A stretch of 40,597 nucleotides of DNA from the NCBI GenBank assembly GCA_022813965.1, contig JALDZS010000206.1:1-40597 (forward strand), read 5' to 3'. Shown here piece after piece: positions 9,474 through 19,897 of this stretch; within the stretch, counting starts at the first letter, position 1, and every line of letters starts with the position of its first letter. The position numbers and the translations under genes are program-made. The notes beneath the pieces were generated by a model that did no database searches, was not told where the DNA came from, and worked only from the letters and a program-made list of their open reading frames with translations. The DNA is from Toensbergia leucococca (Eukaryota).

Positions 9474-11077
9474 ATGCTACAAAACCGGCTGCAGGCGAGA
9501 ACCGTTCATATGGCTCTCACATATATCGAACCCTTCCCGGTGGCTGTTCTTGAGCAAGGCAAGATGAAACCTGACCTTGATAAATACGAAAATTGATTGT
9601 TTCCTTAGTCGAAGGAACTTGGCGAAGCAGCCAATTGAATCCAGAAACCCTCCTGCAGTTGAGTTCACCATGAAACCTAGATCACGATTTATAGTTGATA
9701 GTCTCTCAGAAACAAGAAATCCAAGACGCCTGCTTCATGTAAGAAGCCCATCATTCTGGCTCTGAGCGATGCCCACATTAAATCCAAAAAAGCTTCATTT
9801 CTTCAGAAACATGTTTAGCATCTGAAAGCCTTCGACAAGGTCTGTCCAGCCGCTACAATATACCGACATGTTTCTGGACCAAATATTGTCAACGCCTAAG
9901 TGGCTTTTTTGGATGCGAGGACACTCATGATATTGACGGGAAATTAGAGAGCCACAGTATGTACGCGCCTTTCGATATGTTTTGAGGGCATTTTGGAACG
10001 AGCTGCTTCTTATAAAATAAGGTACTTGGTTTCGATTTCTGGTCAAGCAAGCCTCTCACCAGGCGAGCTCTAATAAGAAGCCCTACGTTTGGTATGGAAT
10101 GAGCTTCTTCACAACGAGGTTTTATACAAATAAGATTATCATTATTTGCCTCGATCTATCAAAGGCTTTGCAGACCAGTCTCTGGCTTGCCTTGTCATCA
10201 AATCAGAACAGACTCGACCTTTTCGACCCCTACTCACTACATGCATTCATCGTCGATGAGATTGTAACCCTTTTTGACACCTCCGTTTGGGGATTCCGAG
10301 ATCTCATCCGAAACATAGAAATGGTAAGCTTCAACTACACTCAAATTTGTAATACCCCTTTCGATTTTGACGAGATATTCCAGAATCGAATCGCAAAGAC
10401 GCAGTCCGAGCCTGATTTCCCGCTACTTCACGATACGGCAAGGCACTTCATTCACTCCTCGGAAACACTCAATGTTGCGGTAGAGACTTTGAGCAACATG
10501 ATACATCAACACGAAGCTTTCGCCAAGGAGGTCAGCTCTGAAAACAAAAAGGAAAACGCAGCCTTCAAGCGAACACATCAGCACCTGCAATTTCAGCTCC
10601 AGGTACTCCGAAGCCTAGCAGCTCGCTCGCAAGCCAACGAGCTCAGATTGAAGAACGAAATCACATTGGTAGGAGTAAAATTTCCAATATCCGAGGACTA
10701 TGACTAATCTTCATCAGTCATTCAACATGATCGCCCAACGCGACAGTCAGACGGCCGTCCGCATCGGCCACGCCGCACGCAGTGACAGCGCTGCCATGAA
10801 AATTGTAGCAATTTTAACCCTGACCTTTCTCCCCGCTACATTCGTCTCCGTAAGTAAATCTCGAGGAGCCAATACCCCTACAGATATGTCATTTCTCACA
10901 TCCGCAAAGGCGCTTTTCAGCATGAGTTTCTTCAATTACACGCCTGGCAGCCCGACTGAACAAGAGAGATGGACAGTTTCAGACAAAATGTGGATTTACT
11001 GGGCTTTTACCGTTCCGTTGACGGGAGTTACGGTTGCGTCATGGTTTGTGTGGCAGCGTTGGTATGGACCGGCTTGA
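9474..11077 (+). CDS. Fungal CorA-like two-TM protein, non-canonical (~390 aa)
   Basis: Stop-free model: 9474-9558, 9702-9738, 9793-9956, 10022-10323, 10384-10668, 10718-10849, 10910-11077. The first two exons are tentative (GC donor at 9559). Typical C-terminus: AQRDS...SDSAAMKIVAILTLTFLPATFVS|ALFSMSFF...WIYWAFTVPLTGVT. Confidence 0.8.
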
Positions 11078-11789
11078 TTCATAAGTATAATTTACGATGT
11101 GGCGAATCTTGTACCCTCCGTTGATAGATGGATGGTCTACAGAAGATGAGAAATCACAAATCTCATGGTAATATTGAGGCTTACAATCAACGTTTAGACT
11201 TACCCATTCCTTTTCTCACTACCTTCCCTATAAGGATTCCTCAATTGAATACCATCATAGCTGAAGACCATTATCCGAAGGCTCCTGATGTATGGACACC
11301 CCCCTTCACACCTCCCCCCCCCTCCCCTTCCCCCTCACTCTCCCCTCGCACCCCAATCACCGAAGGAAATCCCATAAGTCCGCACCACATACCGCCTCAA
11401 TCCCCCCACCCACACCCTCACAACCCATCCACCACCTCCTCAACCCCACACCATCCAAAAACCCCAACTCACCCATCAAAAAAGAACCCAGCACATCCAC
11501 ACAAATCCCACCTCTACTTTCCCCACATCCTATCTCTGCACCTCCCTACCCCCCGCGGGCGCACAAAAACATACACAAATTTTTAATATTGGCAAGATGT
11601 TTACAGTCCTGAATGCTGTGAATAGCCGTGCATCTATCTATGTGCATGATACGGATTCTTTTTGTTCATCTCAGCTATTTTCAGCTCCGCCTCTGTGTAA
11701 CTTAGCTATCTTGTCATCTCTGTGTAAACTCAGTCATTTTCTACTCTGGTCAGTGGAGGTGAGGATTTAAGCATTGTTGATGGATGGCG

Positions 11790-11856
11790 ATTGGGTTGGG
11801 TGGTGAGGATGGTTGGTTGGTAGGTAGGTAAGTACGTAGGTAAGTGAATAGGTAAG
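11790..11856. repeat. Degenerate (GGTT/GGTA)n tetranucleotide repeat
   Basis: ttgggttgggtggtg...ggttggttggtaggtaggtaagtacgtaggtaagt seen directly. Confidence 0.7.
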
Positions 11857-12575
11857 ATAAATGGGCTGCGAAATCGAGTCAAAATAAGATGACAAATCAA
11901 GATCAGAACCAAGGTGTAAAACCACGATGATATCCCTAGGTACTGAATGGTATGCGAATCAAGAGGTAGATAGCATGCCAAAGTAGTGAGGGAATCGAGT
12001 GCAAACATGGTGCGAAAACACAATGTTTCTCTGTGCAAATTTGCGCCCGGGTACTAGGCTGGGGGGGAGTGTCGATGTATCAAAAAGGGGCGTCAATATA
12101 TCAAGAGCCAAATCTATAGACTTTCCCGTATTCAGAGTATCTATGTACAAAGCCACACTTCTGCACGCTTGCAAAAGAAGGCGGGGGAAAAGAAAAAAAA
12201 GATGAAAGACACCGTTGGGGGGGGGTATACCGGAAGCGAAAAAACCCACAAGCCGAGGCTGCTGCTAGAGAGAGAAAGTAGGAACCGAACAATGTGAAAA
12301 AGTGTGAGCTGGGAAAGGCAGTCGCGACTCCTCCACCAGCCAAAAACACACGACCAGCTCCATCCGAAAAGCTATATTAGCAACTCTGAAAAAAAACTTC
12401 AAAGCCGAAAATGACAAGACACACCACCACCACCCAGATGCAAAAGAAGCTCTCACGATCAACGAAAAAGCTCAACATCAGTCTCCCCCAACTTCCAAGA
12501 TATATCCCATCAAGAAAAGGGAAACCCTAATCATCGAAAATTCCGACCTAGAGAAACAAAAAGCCACAAACGAGG

Positions 12576-12579
<4 letters not shown>

Positions 12580-12607
<28 letters not shown>
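12580..12607. repeat. (GA)n microsatellite
   Basis: Uninterrupted GA run of about 14 units. Confidence 0.95.
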
Positions 12608-12611
<4 letters not shown>

Positions 12612-12869
12612 AACCGCAGTAGTAATCTCGACCCCAAGATAGAAAAAAGGTACCACCCGAAACAAGTACAATATCCGAAGCCGAATGGTCTGGAAAAAGA
12701 AATCCCTGACTCCATGTCCATCAAAGTAGGCCAAAGTTGGGGGGTATTTGAAGAAAAGGGAGAAAGCCGAAAATAGTGGACCGCCGGGACGCCACAAATG
12801 GTAGACACAAAAGCCTCTTTGCATTGCTGCTAGTCAATCTCTTGAATGTAGACTCGGTATAATGAAAGA

Positions 12870-15800
12870 TCAGTCGCTATCCTCTCTGACTCTCCTCGTA
12901 TCTCTAGAATCGTCTTTGTCGTCGTCACTCCCGCTGACGACGTACCTCTTTCTCTTGCTTCCGTGCATGTTTGTTGTTGATGGTGTTGCATTCGTTGATG
13001 CCTCTTGACCCTCCTTTGACTGACAATCTTGAGCAGATGTGTCGCGGCTAGGGCGGCAGGATGATGATGGAATGGGACTGTGTGATGGAGGCTGGTCATC
13101 ATCATCATCTTCTTTTTCAGGACTAAGGATGCCGAGGTGTTGGTTTATAGCCTCCACTTTCCCATGCAGGCCGGCGACGTCGCTGATGACAATCCCTTTG
13201 ATATATGTAAGACTCTTCTCTAGGCTATGAGACTTTTCTTCTCCGGTCGTAATGGCACTCGCAAAAACCTGCTTAACTTCTTGGAATTCTTCTTGAAGCG
13301 ACTTAATGCTGCCCTTGTTATCTTCAGCCTCTTCCTTTACGGTGCTGACTACTTTCTCCAAAGTCTCGAGATTCCTCATCATATCAGGTATCCTGACGAG
13401 CTCTTTCAGACCGTCCAGTCTGAGGTCTTTGGAATTGACACGTTGGTCAAGGCTATCCAGCGTTGTATTGGATTGGACTAATTGCTGGGCTATCTCAACT
13501 TCCCTGTCTTTTAATCTCTTGATCTCGGCCTGAACGTTGTGGGCATATGGGTACATAACTCGCATTTGATGAAGTATGTGATGTGCCAACCCCTCTGTGC
13601 TTAGATTGTCCATCCTCTGCTGCTGAACCCATGTCATCTGTTCTAAAGCGGCTTGCTTGTCTCTGAGTTTGCCTATCTCCTGGTCATGCTTCATTAAGTT
13701 CATATCAAAATGCTTCAAGACATCGTCCTGTGTTTGAAAGCCACGCTGCGGAAGCTGTGGAGTTGGTGGATTGCTCGGTGTTGCCGGAGCCGGGGACTGT
13801 GCTTGAATTTTCGGCACATTCGACTGGATGTGGGACACTGCAGCGATGAAGTCGTTGCGAACCTTGCCGAGATTACTTTCTAGTCGATTGAAAGAGTTCT
13901 GAACTTGTTCTAGCAAACTCTTCTGGTCGTGTTGAACACGTTCCACTCGACCGAAAGAAGTCCGAAATTGTTCTAGCGAACTCCCTTGCTCGTTCTGAAC
14001 ACTTTCCACTTGATTCATAGAATTTTGGACTTGTTCCAGCGCAGTCTTATACTCATCTCGATACTCTTGAAGCTGAGTGGTTGTGGATTGCAGATCCGTC
14101 TTGATAGCGTGAGTGGCGTCTACATAAGCACGGAGTGCATTGATAGAAGTATCTATCCTCGTGACTTCCTGACGAACAAAACCTTCCATATCAATGAAGC
14201 CCTGCGAAACCAGCGCATCCTTATCTCCTTGCTCTTTCTCAAACCTTACCAGATCTTCTGAAATCGCTGACAGTCTCATCTCGGTGGGTTTGAGTGCTGC
14301 ACTATCGCCTGATGATGATAAAGCTCGTGATGGACCTCGCGCTTCAAGCTCCGTGATGCGATTGTCTTGTTTCCCGAGGTCGTCATTGAACTCGTTGAGC
14401 TCCTTGTTGAAATTTGCAAGATTGTCACGATGCTTATTCACATTCCTCTCCAGATCAATGAACTGATCAAGAATGTTGTCCTTATCGTCCTGGCCAGAAC
14501 CGCTCACAAGGTTCTCCAGGACTGACAGAGACTTTTGCTGGACCGTGAGATTTTCACTCAATTCTTGGAAGTCCTCTTTGCTTTTGCTAAAGTTCAATTC
14601 TAGAGCTTCTAGAATGTCTTTCTGGTGAATCCTGCTCTTGTCAAGCTCACTGATTTTCTCTTCAGTCTGATTAATGTTTGCTTGTAAGCTGCGGAATGTG
14701 TTTAAACGCTCTTGAAATGTAGTGAGTTGATCAGCATGTTGAGAAAGTGATGCTTGCACTTTGCTCGCCATTACGGTATGCTCAGCAACTTTGCTTTCAA
14801 TATCAAGAAGATTCTTTTTAGAGAGCATGTTCTCCCGTAAATCGTACAACTGTTTCTGTAGGATACGCTGCTCAGAAATTGACCCTTCCACAAGTTCACT
14901 ATCGGTCTTTGCGTCACGCGATAGCATTCTCACTTCACCCTTAAACTCCTTCAACTCGTTCTCCATTGACCGTACTCTCTTATCGTCCTCAAAATGTGAC
15001 ACGACTTTGCCACTGCTAACAGCCATCATATTCAAAGCCATACTCCTCACAGCATTGGCTTGGGACTCTTTATGCATATCCAAGTCTTTTGCAATACGAT
15101 TTGTGACAGCATTGATTTTCTTAGTCTCCCTCATTTGCTCCTCAGCCAAGGAAACGAAAAGAGCATGGTGCTTGTGCCAACGATCCACTTCTCCATTTTG
15201 CTTGTCTCGTTTTATTCTTGCCATATCAGCCTGAGATGTCAATGTAGCCGTTGTTATTACAGTCTGGAAGCATTGCTCCAGGCTTTGAATAAGACCTGTC
15301 GTGCTCTCGGAAGTAGCAAGTGTTGGTGGTAGCGTCATAACAAGTGGCGTAGCAATTGTCATTTTTGCCGTAGGCATTGCAGACGTAGGCGTCATAATGC
15401 TAGAGCGACGACGTGCAACCGGGCTTGTGATATGAGAGGGCTCTGGTCTGATAATGTCGGGATCACTGTTGTCTCGACCATATTTTCGAGACTCCATGTT
15501 GTTCGGAGAGTACTCGTTGGGATAGTAGCTTTTGGGGCTGTCTTCTGATTCTGGTCAATTTTTGAGTTCAGGAAAGGCCTGGTTTTCTGTAAAGGTGATG
15601 CTTGGAACACTGTGGGAATGTGGGGGGTGGGAAGATGTCAGGTTCAAGGAAAGACTCACGAAATGTTCCGTTCAATCCATGATCTTCATTCAAGTGCTCT
15701 GGGCTTCTGCGATGATGCAAGGTCTCAGTCGCAGGGATCCGGGAAAGGCGGTCTGGATGAATGAAGGACGGCGGTTTTGGATTACGGGTCTCAACATTGG

Positions 15801-16109
15801 ACTGTGGAGTTTCAGATGAAGTGAACAAAAGGTGGTTGTAAGTGAGGTGAGATTTAGGAAACTGACGTTGAGGTTCGGCATCTTATCTGGAAAGCATTGT
15901 GAGACCTTGGAGGTACTCACTCCCAATTTTCTACTCTTCAAATTGGGGTTTTCCCAAGTCCAATTCCCTTGTCCTGGCTGTGACTGCGGTGTCTCGGGAC
16001 GATAGTCTTCATTAATGTGGGCGTCTTCAAAGTAATCGGACGCACTGGTTCGCGATCGCGACGAGTGAGCTCGAGCATGCCTAGGCCAGTCCTTTTCAAA
16101 TGCTGCCAT
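12870..16109 (-). CDS. Long coiled-coil hypothetical protein (~1020 aa)
   Basis: 875-aa ORF rich in heptad-like L/E/K/Q, with acidic/basic tail (KRKR, NLS-like). Extended 5' by exons 16109-15921 and 15861-15660 via phase-consistent GTGAGT introns 15920-15862 and 15659-15551. The 5' model is tentative. Confidence 0.75.
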
Positions 16110-16253
16110 TTGCTTCAACCATCGCTGGTAGTTGACATTGAGATTCGAGAGGGACGCGATGACTCAAAATTCTACTCCGAACTCGCACACAAAATACTTT
16201 ACCTTATCCCTGAATAATACAGATACACGTTTAGCGTGATCACCCACTGTAGG

Positions 16254-16362
16254 CGCCCGGATGCAAGCCACTGTCAGATTTGAATCCTAGCTCAAATTAA
16301 GTTAGCTGATTGTGTTCAGGCTTCCATTGGATTGGCATCCAACAGTGGCTTGCATCTGAGCG
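16254..16362. repeat. Fold-back / MITE-like inverted repeat with 34-bp arms
   Basis: Left arm 16254-16287 CGCCCGGATGCAAGCCACTGTCAGATTTGAATCC versus reverse complement of 16329-16362 CGCTCAGATGCAAGCCACTGTTGGATGCCAATCC (27/34 identical). No clear target-site duplication. Confidence 0.75.
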
Positions 16363-16404
16363 TGATCACGAGTGACTAAGGTAGGTGATCACGAGTACGG
16401 ATAC

Positions 16405-16770
16405 CTGTATTGTGTTTCATAAATCTCTTATTTAAGGTAACTCTCTCATTCTTCTTTTCTTCTTTCTCTTACGATTTCTCAAAAAATAAAATCATATAAA
16501 TTCTATGCACACAACTCTTCTCAATTCTCACAAATGCTAAGATCAAGTCTGCTGTCTTAAGTGATAAAAACATTGACTTAATGCAATAGATAGCTTTTAT
16601 GCAGACAGTCATACAGAATAATTATCATTCAATGCTGTGTCATGCACAAATACTACATCCTTGTATTTCTTTCGTTGACTCAATGCTACTACACTGCTTT
16701 ATTAGTTGAATCAACAGTATCAGTCATTCAGATCAGTACTTCATCACACTATACTTATCTTTGCTAAAAC
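16405..16770. other. AT-rich, heavily mutated relic DNA (RIP-like)
   Basis: Only about 2 CG, 1 CC and 1 GG dinucleotides counted by eye in ~350 bp, while CA/TG remain common. Confidence 0.6.
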
Positions 16771-17166
16771 CCTTTTCCGGCTGCCTGCATCTCAAAGTCC
16801 CCGTGTCTTCACCAGAGTAGTCTCCCGTCACTGATTTGAAAGCGTTGGGTACGCTGTACCTTAGCTCAAAGAATGATCCCGGTGTCAGAAGTTCTAGCGG
16901 TGCGGAGTCAGATATATTCACAATGTGAAAAGCAGCGCTGAATTTATGACTGAATCAATCTCTCCCTGTTGGACTCGAGTCTTAATGACTAAGATCTAAT
17001 GTTATCAAAGGGCCTGATGAGAACAACTGGCTCCCATGATTTTGGATGGTCCCTTCCTGACCTTGAGCACAGGACTAGAGTCGAGAGGGAAGAGGCTAGA
17101 TACCGTTCCTTGACTGACATTGAAAGTCAGCACAAACATTTCAAATTCTCATTCACAGCTTCACTA

Positions 17167-18400
17167 CTATACCTGCTCTTTCAATGCATCAAAGAAAGAC
17201 TCTTCTGAGTCACTGTTCACATCCCTAATCATCTTCTCATAACATTGATTCCTAAACACTTCATGCGTCATAGTAATCCTCTCACTGTCCCGGATAGTAT
17301 TCAAAAGCGCACAAAATGCTTCTATAAAACCGTCTGGCTTTTCCTTGCGTTGCTGTGCTAGTTCTAGAGCGGATTTTCATTCTCAGTCCAAAATTTCCGT
17401 TTCCAATCCGTTAAGCCTAGCATCTTGAAACAATGCAAGAAGTTTGAGATTTCCATACATTGCGATGTAGTGAAGGATTGTCTGTCCAGCTTTGTTTCTC
17501 AAGGTGTGATTAACTCCATGCTCTAACAAGAACTGCGTCACCCTCTCATATTGCCAGAAAATAGCACTCATCAGTGCGACATCGCCGTCTGAGTTCTCTA
17601 CATCAACATCGGCACCATGATCCAGTAATAAACCTAGTGAGTTCAATTGGTTCCGACACACTGCTACGATGAATGGAGTGGCGCCATACTTGTCCTGTTC
17701 ATTGATGTTGATACCTGCCATCAAGAGAGGCTCAATCATCTCCAAGTTGTCTGAGCGAGATACTGCCCTATGCAGTGCAGAATTTTGAACCTCGTTCTTG
17801 TGAGTGATGTCGGAACCAGCTCTAATAAGCAGATTCATGCATGTCAGGTCTCTCGAGCGTGCTGCATGAAGTAACGGCGAATTACCATCGTTATCAGGAA
17901 TGTTGACATCAGCGCCAGCATCAAGCAGTAAACTAGTGGCCTCACTGCTCCAGCAAGCAACAAAAACCTAGTGGCTTCAAAGTTACGGCACCAGACTGCT
18001 ATCTGGGGAATGAAAAAAGTAAGTAAGAGCCTCAAGTGATAGGAGGGACAAACACGACAGTCTGTCACAACAAAGGTTGTGGACTACAAACAGGAGACAA
18101 CTTAGATCCAATGAATCATCAAATGAGAATTTGAAGCATCGGACTTCTGTTCAAGGAAGAACCAAGGGCTGAAAGGCCCACTGAGGAATTAATAGGGCGA
18201 TTGCATTCAATCTTCATCCATTTCCCACTTCCCATTTGCCACATTTCAATCGATAGACAACGCAGGTCCTGCTATTTAGTCTGGACTGAAAAGGGCATTG
18301 CGAGACGCAGTAACTGACTGACCATGGCTACTCTCCCGTACAGACCGCGAAATCCAGTACCACGGACAATCTTCCCCCATGGTACTGTTTTCTGCCGTAC
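17167..18400 (-). pseudogene. Ankyrin-repeat protein pseudogene
   Basis: ANK repeats (LLLDAGADVNIPDNDGNSPLLHA; GININEQDKYGATPFIVA; GQTILHYIA). Frame switch near 17945 after AVWCRNFEATRFLLLAGA. In-frame TGA-GAA-TGA at 17377-17385, followed by an intact-looking tail KSALELAQQR...DSEESFFDALKEQV* ending at 17167. The 5' boundary is uncertain. Confidence 0.8.
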
Positions 18401-18524
18401 CATCATTTTTCCTCCCCACACCTCGCTCATTTCCGCATTCGCAGCTGTGCTTACACAACGCAAAGACCCACCGCCCCGCTTGCGCATGAGCTTCGTTTTC
18501 TTCTAGTGAACAGCTTCTTAGTAC

Positions 18525-19480
18525 ATGATGGGCCTCTTCGCAAATATCCAAAAAGCCCCTGCCCTGACCAAGATCGCCTATGCCTCTATTTTCTTCATAA
18601 CCTATGTACCTACACCATGGGAGATCGTTGGCTGAAGCTGACTAAATCATTTAGCTTGTCGCTGCTGCTCTCCACCATTTCTACTGGCACTGCTGGCTAA
18701 ACATCCTGGTCCGTTCCTGACCAAGATCTCCTAGTAGCCGGTGCCGTCTTATTATCACACATCACAGGGGGTGACCGTCATATCTGGCTATGGCAATGTC
18801 AAGAAACTTATAGTACTAGTATTTGGCACTGACTATCCCCCTCGAATCTAGCGAAACCTGTCTACCTATTGATGCTTCACATAGGTCCTGCATTTCGCTA
18901 TCAGCCGGAATCCGGATGGCATATTTTTGAGTACGCCCTCAGAACTATGTGCCATCTACGAAGCAAAAGCCAATGTCAAAAGGGGAAAGTATTGCGAGGT
19001 ATATCGACGAAGACAGGGAAAATGGAACGTGTTGAACGTAGTTGATAGAGTGGAGCGTACTCGAAAAAGCAAGAGTCATAAATACAGCTTTCTCTGACAA
19101 GGCATTACGCTCCGCCGAGGCCTTCATTACTCAACAAGTCAATCGTTGGTATAAAAAAATCGTCAATGACAGTCAGAGAGGTTGTACAGAGCCTAAGAAT
19201 ATGTCTGAACATGCTCAGCACCTAGTATTTGATATCCTCGGAGATCTCTGCCTTGGTAAGAGCCTTGACATCGAGGAGCCTGGCCAGAATTAATTCAGAT
19301 AAGTCCCCAAACACATCAGTACTTTAGTCAAACTCGTGCACCCAGTAGGTCAGCTCCAAGCATACGACTACTTCTAATGCTGATCGGGCCAGATTGGATA
19401 TGCGCCGTTTCTCAAATGATGGCTCTTTCTCAAGCCTAGGTGAACTCGACACAATCTTCTCCGCAATTGCGCCTAATGAA
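18525..19480 (+). pseudogene. Cytochrome P450 pseudogene (5' half only)
   Basis: Fragments across frames: N-terminal anchor, LAKHPGPFLTKIS**, DRHIWLWQCQETY, IYEAKANVKRG, RVINTAFSDKALRSAE, LVFDILGDLCLGKS. Stops at 18732-18737 and 19291, several frameshifts, three recognisable introns. No I-helix, ExxR or heme Cys motif. Confidence 0.85.
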
Positions 19481-19536
19481 CATGGACGTCTACATGTATT
19501 ACAACTGTATATAACTCACATCAAGTGAATACTCAA

Positions 19537-19596
19537 GCCTTTTCTCTTTTCTCTTTTCTCTTTTCTCCTTTCTCCTTCTTCCTTTCTCTTTTTCTT
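19537..19596. repeat. (CTTTT)n-like polypyrimidine tract
   Basis: Seen directly. Confidence 0.7.
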
Positions 19597-19897
19597 TGAA
19601 AGGGGAGGGGTGAGGGTCAGGGGTGAGGGACGCGGGGAGGCGTAGGTTTGAGATCAAGGGTATAAGCATAAAGGTCTGGGAATGCACAACAGGGATAGAG
19701 GTTCTAATTCAATGACTTGAAGGGGGTAGGTCCGTTTGAAACTATTCATATGCCGGGTATGCCGTGGATCACGCTCATCATAGCCGTCATGGGTCACAAC
19801 AACAGTAACACACATCAGGAGAAGTGAGCGACAATCGGGCCAAAATATATGACATTGATTCCCTTAACCTTCCCTACACAAAAACCGCACCCCAAAC

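Noticed and set aside
9609..9694. Apparent in-frame stops (9671, 9692) suggesting the CorA-like gene is a pseudogene
   Set aside because: A single intron 9559-9701 removes them and restores a continuous frame. This remains unverified without RNA data.
11128..11612. Pro/His/Thr-rich ORFs of 152 and 106 aa
   Set aside because: Produced by C-rich low-complexity DNA; no domain or splice support.
11730..12824. Cluster of hydrophobic minus-strand ORFs
   Set aside because: T-rich, microsatellite-containing sequence consistent with a long 3' UTR or intergenic DNA; no coherent gene model.
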